Virus record (IMG/VR): IMGVR_UViG_3300037424_002120
Coordinates: 31,483-95,482 of that record
Origin: a virus
Direction: 5' to 3' (one strand)
Length of the DNA stretch: 64,000 nucleotides
A program made the translations under genes and the position numbers. Position 1 is the first letter of the stretch. Each line of letters begins with the position of its first letter. The notes beneath the pieces were generated by a model. It was given only the letters and a program-made list of their open reading frames with translations. It did no database searches and had not been told where the DNA came from. Shown here in pieces: positions 7,599-17,068 of this stretch.

Positions 7599-7688
7599 TG
7601 TGTTGTCCTTTCTTTCCTCCTTGCAAGGGGTGCTATACAGGGAAGAAATCGTCGGGCGCTTCTTGCTCAGGAGTCAATTCTAAGTCAT

Positions 7689-7737
7689 CAAACGTCCTTT
7701 CTGGATACCCCTGCCCTTTAGGCATGGGGTCCCTGAC
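7689..7737 (-). mobile_element. 49-bp single-hairpin miniature derivative (PATE-like) of the 4779-5192 element
   Basis: TCAT|CAAACGTCCTTTCTGGATACCCCTGCCCTTTAGGCATGGGGTCCCTGAC: both ends of the larger element joined through the shared hairpin. Confidence 0.88.
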
Positions 7738-7742
7738 GGTGT

Positions 7743-8030
7743 CTACCTTTCCTGGTCATCTAGATCAAGAGCGTCAATTGCCGCATCAACTCTTCTGACT
7801 TTGAGTGGGGCCTTTGATGGCTCTTTCTCAATCTTCTTTATTGACTGTGGCTCATAATGGTGGACAGGAAGCGCTTGGCTAGAGGACTCTAGCCAAGCGA
7901 TCACGATGTAACGGATAACTTCTCCCCGTGTCGTTCCCATCTTAGAGCAGATGGCATCCAGTTTGATGAGGGCGTCTGAACCCTCATCAAACCAAGTGCT
8001 TACTCGTACTCTCCCTCGTTTAAGCGGCAT
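7743..8030 (-). CDS. Ribbon-helix-helix protein, putative ParR-like adaptor
   Basis: RVRVSTWF..LIKLDAICSKMGTTRGEVIRYIV; coupled to ParM gene. Confidence 0.7.
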   Translation of the reverse strand: MPLKRGRVRVSTWFDEGSDALIKLDAICSKMGTTRGEVIRYIVIAWLESSSQALPVHHYEPQSIKKIEKEPSKAPLKVRRVDAAIDALDLDDQER

Positions 8031-9105
8031 AAGTCACCTCCCATATAGTAGCCTTTCTACGTTGGAGAGAGGCGGCTATATCCGCATATCCAAGGGCATT
8101 AGCAATCTCTGGTCTGCTTACAACCTCCACTTTGTTGGTGTCAATGATCTTTCGAACAATCTCCTCAAAGTAGTAAGCACCACCCCCTGCAAGGAAAACA
8201 CGGTCATACTGGGCGGCTACTACTTCCCCGTCACTCGCAAGGTTCTGGCTAATAAAATTCCGAAGCGATCTGCCAGCTCTACGGATAGAGTCGGCTATAG
8301 TGCTTTCAATCTCACTCCCGTCTATACCGTAGGTGGTCGGACACGTGCGACTTTTAACATAAGATCTAAGCAAGCTATGAGATTTACGCTCAAGCCCAAC
8401 CTTTCTCTTGACTCCAAATGCTACCAAGTCATCAACAATCTGCCCGACTCCTAACTCAATCCCTACGCATTTATTGATCAATATTTTTTGTCCGTCTGCA
8501 ACAATAAGATCAATAGTGCGCTCCCCGATATCAATAACAACCTGTTCATCATTGCTGTCACCACAGTGGATGAGTATTCCTTGTCCCTCAGTGGCCACAT
8601 GCCCAACCTTTATAACAGCCTCTCGTGGCATGCCATTAAAAGTGAACTGATAGCGGTTCTCTAGAGAAGACTTAACTCTTTTTCTGTTCTCATTTGAATA
8701 AAGAGTAACAGGAAGAGCCGTTACGAGCCTTAACTCGAAAGACTGGTCAGGGATTAGAGTTGCTGCAAGCGTCAGTAAAAGGACTACAGAGTGCTCAGAC
8801 CAATAACGATTTTGATCCCCTAAAGCAGCAGTTGCCCGACCTTTGATCCCCTCCCTCACAAGTTTACCTAAGTAGTAGTTTGTATCATTAAAGTTGAGAA
8901 CATATTCATCGTCTTCAATTACCTGTGAAAGATGAGGATCGTCCTCTTTACCGCGAGTAAGGAGCTTAACGATATCTCCTTCTGAAATGACAGAAGGGAT
9001 TGTTTTGATATCCACGTCACCATAAGATGTGGCAACTGCAAGCGTTGCATCTCCGCTTCCTGGGTCAAAACCTGCATAATAGACAGGTTTACGAGGACTG
9101 TACAT
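8020..9105 (-). CDS. parM: ParM/StbA family actin-like ATPase
   Basis: GFDPGSG, LVTALP, TEGQG, VIDIGERTIDL, FLAGGGA, ANALGY. Confidence 0.9.
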   Translation of the reverse strand: MYSPRKPVYYAGFDPGSGDATLAVATSYGDVDIKTIPSVISEGDIVKLLTRGKEDDPHLSQVIEDDEYVLNFNDTNYYLGKLVREGIKGRATAALGDQNRYWSEHSVVLLLTLAATLIPDQSFELRLVTALPVTLYSNENRKRVKSSLENRYQFTFNGMPREAVIKVGHVATEGQGILIHCGDSNDEQVVIDIGERTIDLIVADGQKILINKCVGIELGVGQIVDDLVAFGVKRKVGLERKSHSLLRSYVKSRTCPTTYGIDGSEIESTIADSIRRAGRSLRNFISQNLASDGEVVAAQYDRVFLAGGGAYYFEEIVRKIIDTNKVEVVSRPEIANALGYADIAASLQRRKATIWEVTYAA

Positions 9106-9125
9106 GTATTTTTCTCCTTTGTTTT

Positions 9126-9252
9126 TAAGTACGCTCTCTGGCGTACTTAGTTTACACTTTTCTTGATTTCTATGATCCAGTGAGTAGTTTCTACTCACTT
9201 TGTGCGCTCTATAGCGTACTTAGACTATACACTACAGGATTAGTGTTGTCAA
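9126..9252 (-). promoter_or_regulatory. par promoter with repeated/inverted sites (candidate parC/operator)
   Basis: TTGACA at 9252-9247; GCGTACTTAG at 9141 and 9216, inverted TAAGTACGC at 9126; IR TGAGTAG-TTT-CTACTCA 9181-9197. Confidence 0.55.
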
Positions 9253-9267
9253 TAGCGCACTTTCTAC

Positions 9268-9888
9268 CTACTTTCTACTCACCCTCTTCCTGGCAGCTTT
9301 CTTGCGTTTCAAGCCAGCGGCTCTCTCTCGCTTGTGGAGGTCAAGCTTGCGCTCCCTATGCTCAAGAGCTGCTCGCTTGCGGTATCCGGCCTGTACCCGC
9401 TTAACCGTCTTGTGAGCGCTCTTGACAGCCTTGACGGTGCCTTTTGCTGTACGGGCAATAGCTTTACTGGTGGACTTAAGAGCCTTAACGGCAAAGCGTC
9501 CAAAACGGTCCCTGGGGTGCTGACTTTCCTTGTAGGCACCACCTTGCAAGGGGGATGCTGCTTTCTTGGCAGTTGAGGGATGGGCTTGCTTTGCCCTTGG
9601 AACTGTCCGATTTTTGCGGACAGTTCGATTTGCCACCCACTCATCACGTGCAATCTCCGATGGACTCCGATGATCAGGAAGCTTGCGGCCTGGCTTCATG
9701 GGCAAATCGGACATGCGTCCCATGAAGCGTATACCTTCTTGCCTTTCATGCTCTTCTACGCGCATTCGACGATATTTTGCATCGATGCGTTCCTGTTCCT
9801 CTTCACGAGCAATTTCACGGAGAGTTTCCCTGGTTCGAAGGGAATCCCTTCTGATTTCTTCATGGGATCGTGGATCGTAGTATGCCAT
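9268..9888 (-). CDS. Highly basic protein with HPRDxxGRF motif
   Basis: K/R/A-rich C-terminal half; QHPRDRFGRF. Confidence 0.65.
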   Translation of the reverse strand: MAYYDPRSHEEIRRDSLRTRETLREIAREEEQERIDAKYRRMRVEEHERQEGIRFMGRMSDLPMKPGRKLPDHRSPSEIARDEWVANRTVRKNRTVPRAKQAHPSTAKKAASPLQGGAYKESQHPRDRFGRFAVKALKSTSKAIARTAKGTVKAVKSAHKTVKRVQAGYRKRAALEHRERKLDLHKRERAAGLKRKKAARKRVSRK

Positions 9889-9891
9889 TAT

Positions 9892-11460
9892 TTAAAATCC
9901 TTCCCTGTCACAAATGTGTTTTACGACTGGGTAAAACTTGTTATTGCGGGGTGGCTTCATTGCCATTGGGATCTTTGCGCGAGTTACTTTGCCGTCAAGG
10001 ATAAACTGAACCCGCGCAATCTCGATAATTTGCATTTCATCGTCTAGTGAAAACTGGGGAATGCTTTCACTGCTCTTCACAGCTTCATTCACCGTGCTTT
10101 CTGGCATTCTCAGAAAATCTTCATCGACCGCCGTATCTGCGGTGTCTGGTGAAAGCGGTGAATGCTCGTGAATGCCGCTGTAAGGCTCAGTGAAAGACTC
10201 TCTCATCATCCCCAATCTCGCCACTTCTTCGAGCGCCTTCTCGTCGGGATATGGCAGCTGCATGCGGTAGGTAGTAGCATTTGGCATGAGGATAATTTCC
10301 CCCCTTTGCAAGCTTGGGGCCTGTTTTGCGTCCTCAAGTTCCAGAATATTCTGTGCTCGCTCTTTTCTCAGATTGAAAGAAACAATAGCCATAGAGTCGC
10401 GCACTTCTGTATTTCCTGATCGTGTAGCTTTCGGTATCTGTCCAAAACAGATAACTCTACACCCCTTCTTACGGCCTCGTGTTGCGTACTCTTCTGACAT
10501 ATCCAATATCTCTTTGCCAACGTCAGCCCACATCTTGCCCTCTTTGCCAGCATGACGCGCAATCAAGGTGAATTCGTCAATAAGAACAAGCAGCTTGTTA
10601 TTACCGTATTGCTCTATAATTTGCCTCGCAATGGATACTGCCGTTTTTGCTTTGTCTGGCGTATCTGCAATCGGGCAAAGCATGAAAGCCTCTTGAGCCA
10701 GGGGACCTAATCGAGTCGTGAGGGACTGATCAGCTTCAGACTCTGGGTCAATCACAATGATCTTTCCGCCTTGCAAGATGGTTAAGGCTGCTAAGTAGGT
10801 GCCAAAGGTACTTTTGCCATATCCTTGATCCCCAAACACAAAGACCGAATTGAAGAGGTTCCCTTGCACATCAAAAATCTTTGCACGGAACGGCTCTCCA
10901 TCCATGTATCCAATGATGCTCGTATCTTCATTGGGGCTTGTTGAGCCAAAATTCAGCTGCTCTGAAAGAGTAAAAGCCTTTGGGGCTTCCAGAAGCCGAA
11001 CATCATCTTTCTCCTCCTCCTGATTAATGTTGTACTCATTGTTGTTAGTTGATCCTGTCTTAGGATCTGTTGAGCGCTGCACAAAGTCGCCATCAACATA
11101 CTCCGCATTAAATCCATATAATTCTGAGTTGCGCACTGCAATGCTAGTATGCTTGTTTAATGCCCCTATCTTGGCTAGCCTTTCAAGCTTCCAGATCTTA
11201 TGCTTGTCTTGCTTTACATGCCAATGCCATCCAAGGCAGCACAGGCCATAGATAGCAAGAGCACTGCATACAAAAATGACGGCGCCTCCGTGCTCTTTCC
11301 ACGCCCACTGCACAAATAGATATGCGAGAAAAAGCAAGATTGTGAGCAAGATACCAATGAGCAGCACAATCTGCTGTACAGCACTGGCAAAACCATGGTG
11401 AAAACCGCTTGACGGCCCGCTCTCTCGATATTCATCGCGGTGCCTATATTCGCTAGTCAT
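9892..11460 (-). CDS. Membrane-anchored FtsK/HerA-superfamily ATPase (putative DNA translocase)
   Basis: Two N-terminal TM helices; Walker A GDQGYGKST; IIVIDP; Walker B LVLIDEF; RGRK..CFGQ. Confidence 0.8.
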   Translation of the reverse strand: MTSEYRHRDEYRESGPSSGFHHGFASAVQQIVLLIGILLTILLFLAYLFVQWAWKEHGGAVIFVCSALAIYGLCCLGWHWHVKQDKHKIWKLERLAKIGALNKHTSIAVRNSELYGFNAEYVDGDFVQRSTDPKTGSTNNNEYNINQEEEKDDVRLLEAPKAFTLSEQLNFGSTSPNEDTSIIGYMDGEPFRAKIFDVQGNLFNSVFVFGDQGYGKSTFGTYLAALTILQGGKIIVIDPESEADQSLTTRLGPLAQEAFMLCPIADTPDKAKTAVSIARQIIEQYGNNKLLVLIDEFTLIARHAGKEGKMWADVGKEILDMSEEYATRGRKKGCRVICFGQIPKATRSGNTEVRDSMAIVSFNLRKERAQNILELEDAKQAPSLQRGEIILMPNATTYRMQLPYPDEKALEEVARLGMMRESFTEPYSGIHEHSPLSPDTADTAVDEDFLRMPESTVNEAVKSSESIPQFSLDDEMQIIEIARVQFILDGKVTRAKIPMAMKPPRNNKFYPVVKHICDREGF

Positions 11461-11714
11461 ATCCGATGTTCCTCCTCTCTTTTTTTTTGATATTGCACCA
11501 ATAAGAACTTAATCATCAATAAAAAACATTTTACAACCGTTGCTGCTCCTATTAACCAATTAATGATCTCTACTATAATGCCAAATATTGCAATAATAAT
11601 GCTTATAATAGCTTGAAATATCTGAAATATAGCGTTACTACATATAAATCCACCTGAAAATAATTCTGATATAATCGCTTCTTGCTCTTTATGAGCAGAT
11701 AAATGATTAATCAT
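11457..11714 (-). CDS. Small membrane protein
   Basis: Hydrophobic 85-aa ORF, AGGAGG RBS, ATGA overlap with the ATPase gene. Confidence 0.6.
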   Translation of the reverse strand: MINHLSAHKEQEAIISELFSGGFICSNAIFQIFQAIISIIIAIFGIIVEIINWLIGAATVVKCFLLMIKFLLVQYQKKREEEHRI

Positions 11715-11739
11715 GATTTTTGTCCTCCTGAGATATGGA

Positions 11740-11767
11740 ATGGGCGGGATAAGCTTATCCCGCCCAT
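11740..11767. repeat. Perfect 28-bp palindrome
   Basis: ATGGGCGGGATAAGCTTATCCCGCCCAT. Confidence 0.85.
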
Positions 11768-11967
11768 GAACTTCCTGCTATACGCATATTCTTATGCTTG
11801 ACATATCAAATTTATCACCTGGAACAAGATGTCGCGCACTCCGCTGTAGTAGAGTGCGTGCGTCTTCGGTTGTCGCGCACTCTACTACAGCATCTCCCAC
11901 CACCTCACCTTTCTCATTCACGATCAGAACTTTGAATTTCTTGTTGACTGTGCTCATTCTTATGCTC

Positions 11968-12219
11968 CTAACGCTGAATAAGATCAAGAGAAGCTTGCAG
12001 TAGAGCAAGAATTGGATGATGCTCATCTTCATTGCTTTCGGTCGACGATTTCAACAAAACGCTCTCTATATCTCTCTCTCGGAGATGCTTTGTTACACAA
12101 AAAGTATTTACTGCCGTTTCCTGGTCATCGGCAAGCCACTCGTACCGCTTTCCTTTGACTGTGAAGATAAATCTTTGCGAATATGACCCCCTCTGGGGTG
12201 AAGGAATGTATTTTGCCAT
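11968..12219 (-). CDS. Hypothetical protein
   Basis: RBS GAAAGGA + ATG. Confidence 0.55.
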   Translation of the reverse strand: MAKYIPSPQRGSYSQRFIFTVKGKRYEWLADDQETAVNTFCVTKHLRERDIESVLLKSSTESNEDEHHPILALLQASLDLIQR

Positions 12220-12509
12220 CTTGATGTCCTTTCGTGCTAAAATGCACAGTAGCTAGCCGCCAATGAGCGAGCGAGCATGCGGTGATGAGAGGCGCTTTTC
12301 TAGGGCATTCCCTCTCATCACTTCTTCTTCCAAGTTCTTTTACGCGTTAAATACCACATTACGGGAACGAACATAATAAGCGCGTACCACGCTAAACCGC
12401 TCATGCACTCTTCCCCTTGCAAGGGGTGAGGAAGTGCGACGCGGGCACTAATTGCTTGCAATCGGGGCACCGAACTGTGATAATCTTGCGCCCGATTGCA
12501 ATGATACGC

Positions 12510-12701
12510 TTACTGTCTTTCTTTTGCATATTTACCTTTATACCTCTTTTCGTCCCTAAAGCGTTCGACATACGATGGTACGCGGTCAAACTGGCGTTGA
12601 GAAGACTGGATAAGCAGCTCTTCAGCGTGCTCATCGCAGATCCCGTGTGAATTATCCTCGTCAGAGCACCATGCACACGGCTCTTGTTTCGTCTTGATCA
12701 T
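12510..12701 (-). CDS. Small Zn-finger-like protein
   Basis: CAWC...HGICDEH; RBS AGAAAGGA. Confidence 0.6.
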   Translation of the reverse strand: MIKTKQEPCAWCSDEDNSHGICDEHAEELLIQSSQRQFDRVPSYVERFRDEKRYKGKYAKERQ

Positions 12702-12713
12702 CAAGCGTCCTTT

Positions 12714-12911
12714 CTAATGCGGGAAATGAGAAATTGACATAAAACACCTGCATAAACCGCAATAATAACCAGAAGTCTCATCATGGTCATTAAACGATTT
12801 GATATGCTCTCTCGACTTAAACGAGAAAGCCTTATTGTTTAAGTCTTTATTCCACTCCTCAGTTGATATAGAGTCGTCTGAATCATATGGTGCTGGTCTT
12901 CGTCCTAGCAT
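12714..12911 (-). CDS. Hypothetical protein
   Basis: AGAGGT RBS; CGLC. Confidence 0.45.
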   Translation of the reverse strand: MLGRRPAPYDSDDSISTEEWNKDLNNKAFSFKSREHIKSFNDHDETSGYYCGLCRCFMSISHFPH

Positions 12912-14191
12912 GTTTTACCTCTTTCTGTGGTGTGATGAAATGTAGCCGTAAAGGGACGGCCCGCCCACTAAAATTTTATCTACGGGATTTCAAATGATCT
13001 CTCATCTTCGCGATACGCTCTTGATGCATCTGTACTCCGATAGCATCGCTGTGATGCTCTGCTTCCTTCTTGAAGAACTCTTGCTCTTTTACGCGTTTTG
13101 CAAGAGTTTCGTCTGTTAGGAGGTGATCCTTGACGGTTGGGTATTTTTTCATTTGGGTTTCCTTACTGTATCAAGAGCCGCGCTTAATCCTTCGTGTACC
13201 TCTCGTGACTCTAGTGAGCCCGTTTCTGACAAAGTCCTGTTCGCCCTTCGCTCCATACGATTGAGTGTGCTCTCACTGAGAGTACCATTCTGTACTTTCT
13301 CTACGGCAGTATCATGGATGTGGTCTTGTAAGTTTTTTGTCATGTTAACCTCTTTCTGCTCATTGAGCACTATTCGGGCATTTTTACCCGTTCCAGGTCG
13401 CTGCGATTGTAACGACCTGAGTCGATAAAAACACGCTACTTGCCGCACTTCATATGCTGCATTTGCAGGAATGCAAACTTGCTATTCTCTACGGAATAGA
13501 GATTAATCAAATCTACAATAACACTTTTTAATTCGGCAATATGGGCCATGGCCTCTGGGTTGGTCGAAGTCTCATTAAGACCTCTTTTTGTGAACTTCTC
13601 TGAAGATACATTATACATTGTATGTATCTCATCTAGCGTCTTACTCATGCAGCTTACTTATCCTAAAGTGCTGCGATACCTGCCTTCAGCTTGGCTATTT
13701 CTTTAGATATCTTTTCTCTGTCTTTTAGCCACGACTGCCTCTCATTAGGCCCCACGGAACTCTGCGCAAATCTGAATGTATCCGCGTGTTTTTGTTCCAA
13801 TATGAGGATCTGTTTCGTTAATTCTTTTTGTGTTGGTAACATGGTTTCTCCTTTTGTGCTGTTTATCAACATTGTGTCGATAATTGGTGGCTGTAGCATG
13901 AACTACGCGCTGTCTTTAGCAGTGCCACCTTTACAAGCCGCACGACTTCAAGTCTGCTATACTTGTTGCGAGAGCTTCAATTCCAGAAAAATAGGGAGTT
14001 GAACATTGTAGCGTGGCAGTGCGTTAGCTGCTTCTTATCTCCGCTTCTCACCTGGAATATCTTATATTGTTTATGATCATTACTCAGCAAAACGATGCTT
14101 GCTGGCTATTTAACGCACTACGAGAACTTTCCCATAATGAGCGACGAACATCTTGAGTGCTCCGAACGGCGGTCCGTTGTCGCTCTATGGA

Positions 14192-14440
14192 CTATGCTGT
14201 TGCCCAACCTCGTGGTGAGATGTGGATATCAGCCTCCGCTCTCAAGCTAGAAAGAGCGGCAAGGATCTCGTCCTCAGTGAGAATACAATTCTTCCTGATG
14301 TCCTCCGAAAACGCTTCGTTGCCTTTGTCCTGGAGATATATAATGACCTCCAGTACTGTCACCTCATCGTCTGTCATCTGTCTTGTCATGTCTTTTTGCC
14401 TCTTCTTTACTTTACTTGTGGTAGTCACCGGTGTCGCCAT
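14192..14440 (-). CDS. Small winged-helix-like protein
   Basis: VLEVIIYL...SEDIRKNCILTEDEILAALSSLRAEADI. Confidence 0.5.
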   Translation of the reverse strand: MATPVTTTSKVKKRQKDMTRQMTDDEVTVLEVIIYLQDKGNEAFSEDIRKNCILTEDEILAALSSLRAEADIHISPRGWATA

Positions 14441-14646
14441 CGTCCTCGTCCTCCATGATGCACTGAGGACACATTGCGCCTCCGGCCCTTAACTGCCATC
14501 CTTGTGTCTTAAAGATTGCCGTCGCTTTTTGAGGAGCAGCCTCCTGAGTAACCACTCTCCTTCCGCAACTTCTGCACTCTACTTGAGATGCTTGCACTGT
14601 CGATAATCGCCATTTATCCATTATCTTTCCTCCCTTTGTAACCAAC

Positions 14647-14695
14647 AAAAGAGCCAGAAACCGTTTTACTGGCTCTGGCTCTTGGCTCTGGCTCT
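14647..14695 (-). terminator. Terminator hairpin with four GGCTCT copies
   Basis: AGAGCCAG...CTGGCTCT then GGCTCTTGGCTCTGGCTCT. Confidence 0.55.
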
Positions 14696-15608
14696 ATTAA
14701 CTATTTTGTCGTCCTATGCGCTTTTTGGACACTTTGCTATTTGTTGCCGTGGTGCTGTGTCGTCCATCATGCGCAATATTTGCTCTCGTGTGAACTGATG
14801 AGAGATGCAGCATCTTTTGCACCACAAGAACAATTTGCCGTTCTCGACATATGCAAGGTCCTTTTGCGAGCTTGCACATCTTATCGCTTCTTTCATCGCT
14901 ATGCCACCTGGCCTACGATGTATCGTGAAACATCCTCGTCTTGCAGCACGGTCACAGCGCTTGCCTCGACCCACTGTCCGTTACGAAGCTCGTACCAATC
15001 GTAGTGCACATTGGCACAATCAAGACGATTGATAAGCGGCCATGCGGCCTCGAAGCTCTCAAACACCTTGTTGACCAGTGTACCTTCAGCGTTGCGGTAC
15101 ACGATCTCAGTTCTTACCATTGCTTTATATCTCCTTGCATGCATGCTGCCTAAATCCGTAGGCGCTAACCAACTTTTCGCACTTCGTACACTTGACTGCT
15201 ACAATAACATTCTGCTCTTCAAACTCAATGGCCTGTGCTAACACTTCGTACAAGCGCCTTGCTCGTGGCTTTACGTCAGACCATTGGATTGCATTTTTGT
15301 TTCCAACACGGTAGCTTTCATGCAAGTCCTGTGCAGTGATCATCGAAAAATTCCTTCCTACGCCAATCCACATGGATTGAACATTGCTACATAGGCAGCT
15401 CTGCGCTCTGCATCAGTCAACTCTGCTTCGCTTTGCAGAATGACAAACTCGTAACGCCCGTTAACGCGCCGGATGATGCGGATTGGCATTGGTCGCTCTG
15501 TGGTGTCGATGGTTGCTGTCTGTGTTATCATGGTTTCTATGGACCTTTCTTGGTTCTAACTGCCTCGCTCGCTAAACTGTTTGATCGACTCGACTAGCGA
15601 ACGAGGTT

Positions 15609-15800
15609 TTAACTTGCTACCGGCAATACACCAGTAAAACTATCTAAATCAGATTGCTTGTACAGTATTCGACGCCCAGATTTTGGCTTGTATGCCTTTA
15701 TCGTTGGTTTTACATTTCTGTAAAACATGATGCGTGTAATTTCAAGATGCCTAGTTGCGCTAGATGCGTTATGGTATATCTCTCCTGCGATAGTGACCAT
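15609..15800 (-). CDS. Excisionase-like HTH protein
   Basis: YHNASSATRHLEITRIMFYR...RRILYKQSDLDSF. Confidence 0.7.
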   Translation of the reverse strand: MVTIAGEIYHNASSATRHLEITRIMFYRNVKPTIKAYKPKSGRRILYKQSDLDSFTGVLPVAS

Positions 15801-15831
15801 TGCTTTCTCCTTCACTCGATACAATTTACTC

Positions 15832-15955
15832 TACTGACACAGTATACACAACTGACACAGCGTTGTCAAGGCTTTTTAAGACCAGTTTTCAAAGTCCTAC
15901 ACAATTGACACAACTTCGTGTATACTAGTTTCATCGAACTAAACACAATTGGCAC
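15832..15955. promoter_or_regulatory. Divergent promoter/operator region
   Basis: Minus-strand TTGACA...TGTATACT; repeats ACTGACACAG x2, ACAATTGACAC, ACAATTGGCAC. Confidence 0.6.
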
Positions 15956-15981
15956 GGTAGCCACAAAGAAAGGAATAATCT

Positions 15982-16866
15982 ATGCCAAGACAAAAAGGAC
16001 AGAAGAAAGATGAGAGCCTTCAAGCTTTAGAGCGTATTAAGAGAACGCACTATACAGCGCAAGAGGCTTATACACACCTCGGATTTACAAGAGATGCATT
16101 TAATAGCTACGTACGCCGCAATCCTGATGATTTCGGTTACACAGTCTTCTTCGGAGGCTATGGGTACTATCGAAAGGACAGAATTGATAGCATCAAAGAG
16201 CGATTTGAGGCGATCATCATGACAGCAGAGAGCAGTAGATTTGAGTTCAGGCCTGCCAGCATCGAAGACCTTGCATTGGAGGATCACATGGCCTATCTCA
16301 ACTTTGGAGATGGGTCAAGATCACCGGAAAGAAATGCAAGCAGGCGTAGATACCTAGAAGTAAACCCGCTTACTTCCTTCCATCTCTACAATCTAGGGAC
16401 TCTTGTTGCTCTTATTAATCTCGTTCCATTGAAGCATGAGGCTATCCTTGAGTTCAGGCAAGGAAAGAGAGGATGGATGTTTACCAATGAGATGATAGAG
16501 CAATATGAGCCAGGGCATCCATTAGAACTAATCGTGATTGATTTAGCCACTCTCACGAACACAGCCCCTGAGAAACGTACCAGATATGCAGGATACCTCC
16601 TGCACAAACTTGCTGGTCAACTTGCAAAATGGGGAAGCCAGGGAATTGATATTAAAAGTATTGATGCCTGTGGAGGAACACCTGACGGTAGAAGAATACT
16701 CGAACACGCGGGATTTGATCACATAGGCACCTATAAAATTCCCGCAATTGGAAAGCCTGAAGTAATGTCAGATCGACCAATGTACCGTTTAGATATAGAT
16801 GCATCTGATAGTGTGTTGTTACATCCCTACAAGAAAGCACTGCAAAAATGGAAGGAAGCAAACTAG
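15982..16866 (+). CDS. HTH + GNAT-like fold protein, putative regulator
   Basis: YTAQEAYTHLGFTRDAFNSYVR HTH; FRPASIEDL...TPDGRRILEHAGF GNAT-like. Confidence 0.7.
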   Translation: MPRQKGQKKDESLQALERIKRTHYTAQEAYTHLGFTRDAFNSYVRRNPDDFGYTVFFGGYGYYRKDRIDSIKERFEAIIMTAESSRFEFRPASIEDLALEDHMAYLNFGDGSRSPERNASRRRYLEVNPLTSFHLYNLGTLVALINLVPLKHEAILEFRQGKRGWMFTNEMIEQYEPGHPLELIVIDLATLTNTAPEKRTRYAGYLLHKLAGQLAKWGSQGIDIKSIDACGGTPDGRRILEHAGFDHIGTYKIPAIGKPEVMSDRPMYRLDIDASDSVLLHPYKKALQKWKEAN

Positions 16867-16869
16867 CCC

Positions 16870-16898
16870 AACCCGCCGATTATGGCGGGTTGTTTTTT
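16870..16898 (+). terminator. Intrinsic terminator
   Basis: AACCCGCC-GATTAT-GGCGGGTT + T run. Confidence 0.85.
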
Positions 16899-17068
16899 CT
16901 CTTGACTATGCCTGTACCATATGATACAATTGACACATAAATCACAACCAACACAAATGGCATCTAAGTTGTGACAACAAAAAACGCCCCCTCTGGTGAG
17001 ACAGAGAGAGCGGTATTCCGAAGCTCAACAAAGCTTCAAGTTTTCTTCTTAGGAGAATTATACCATAC

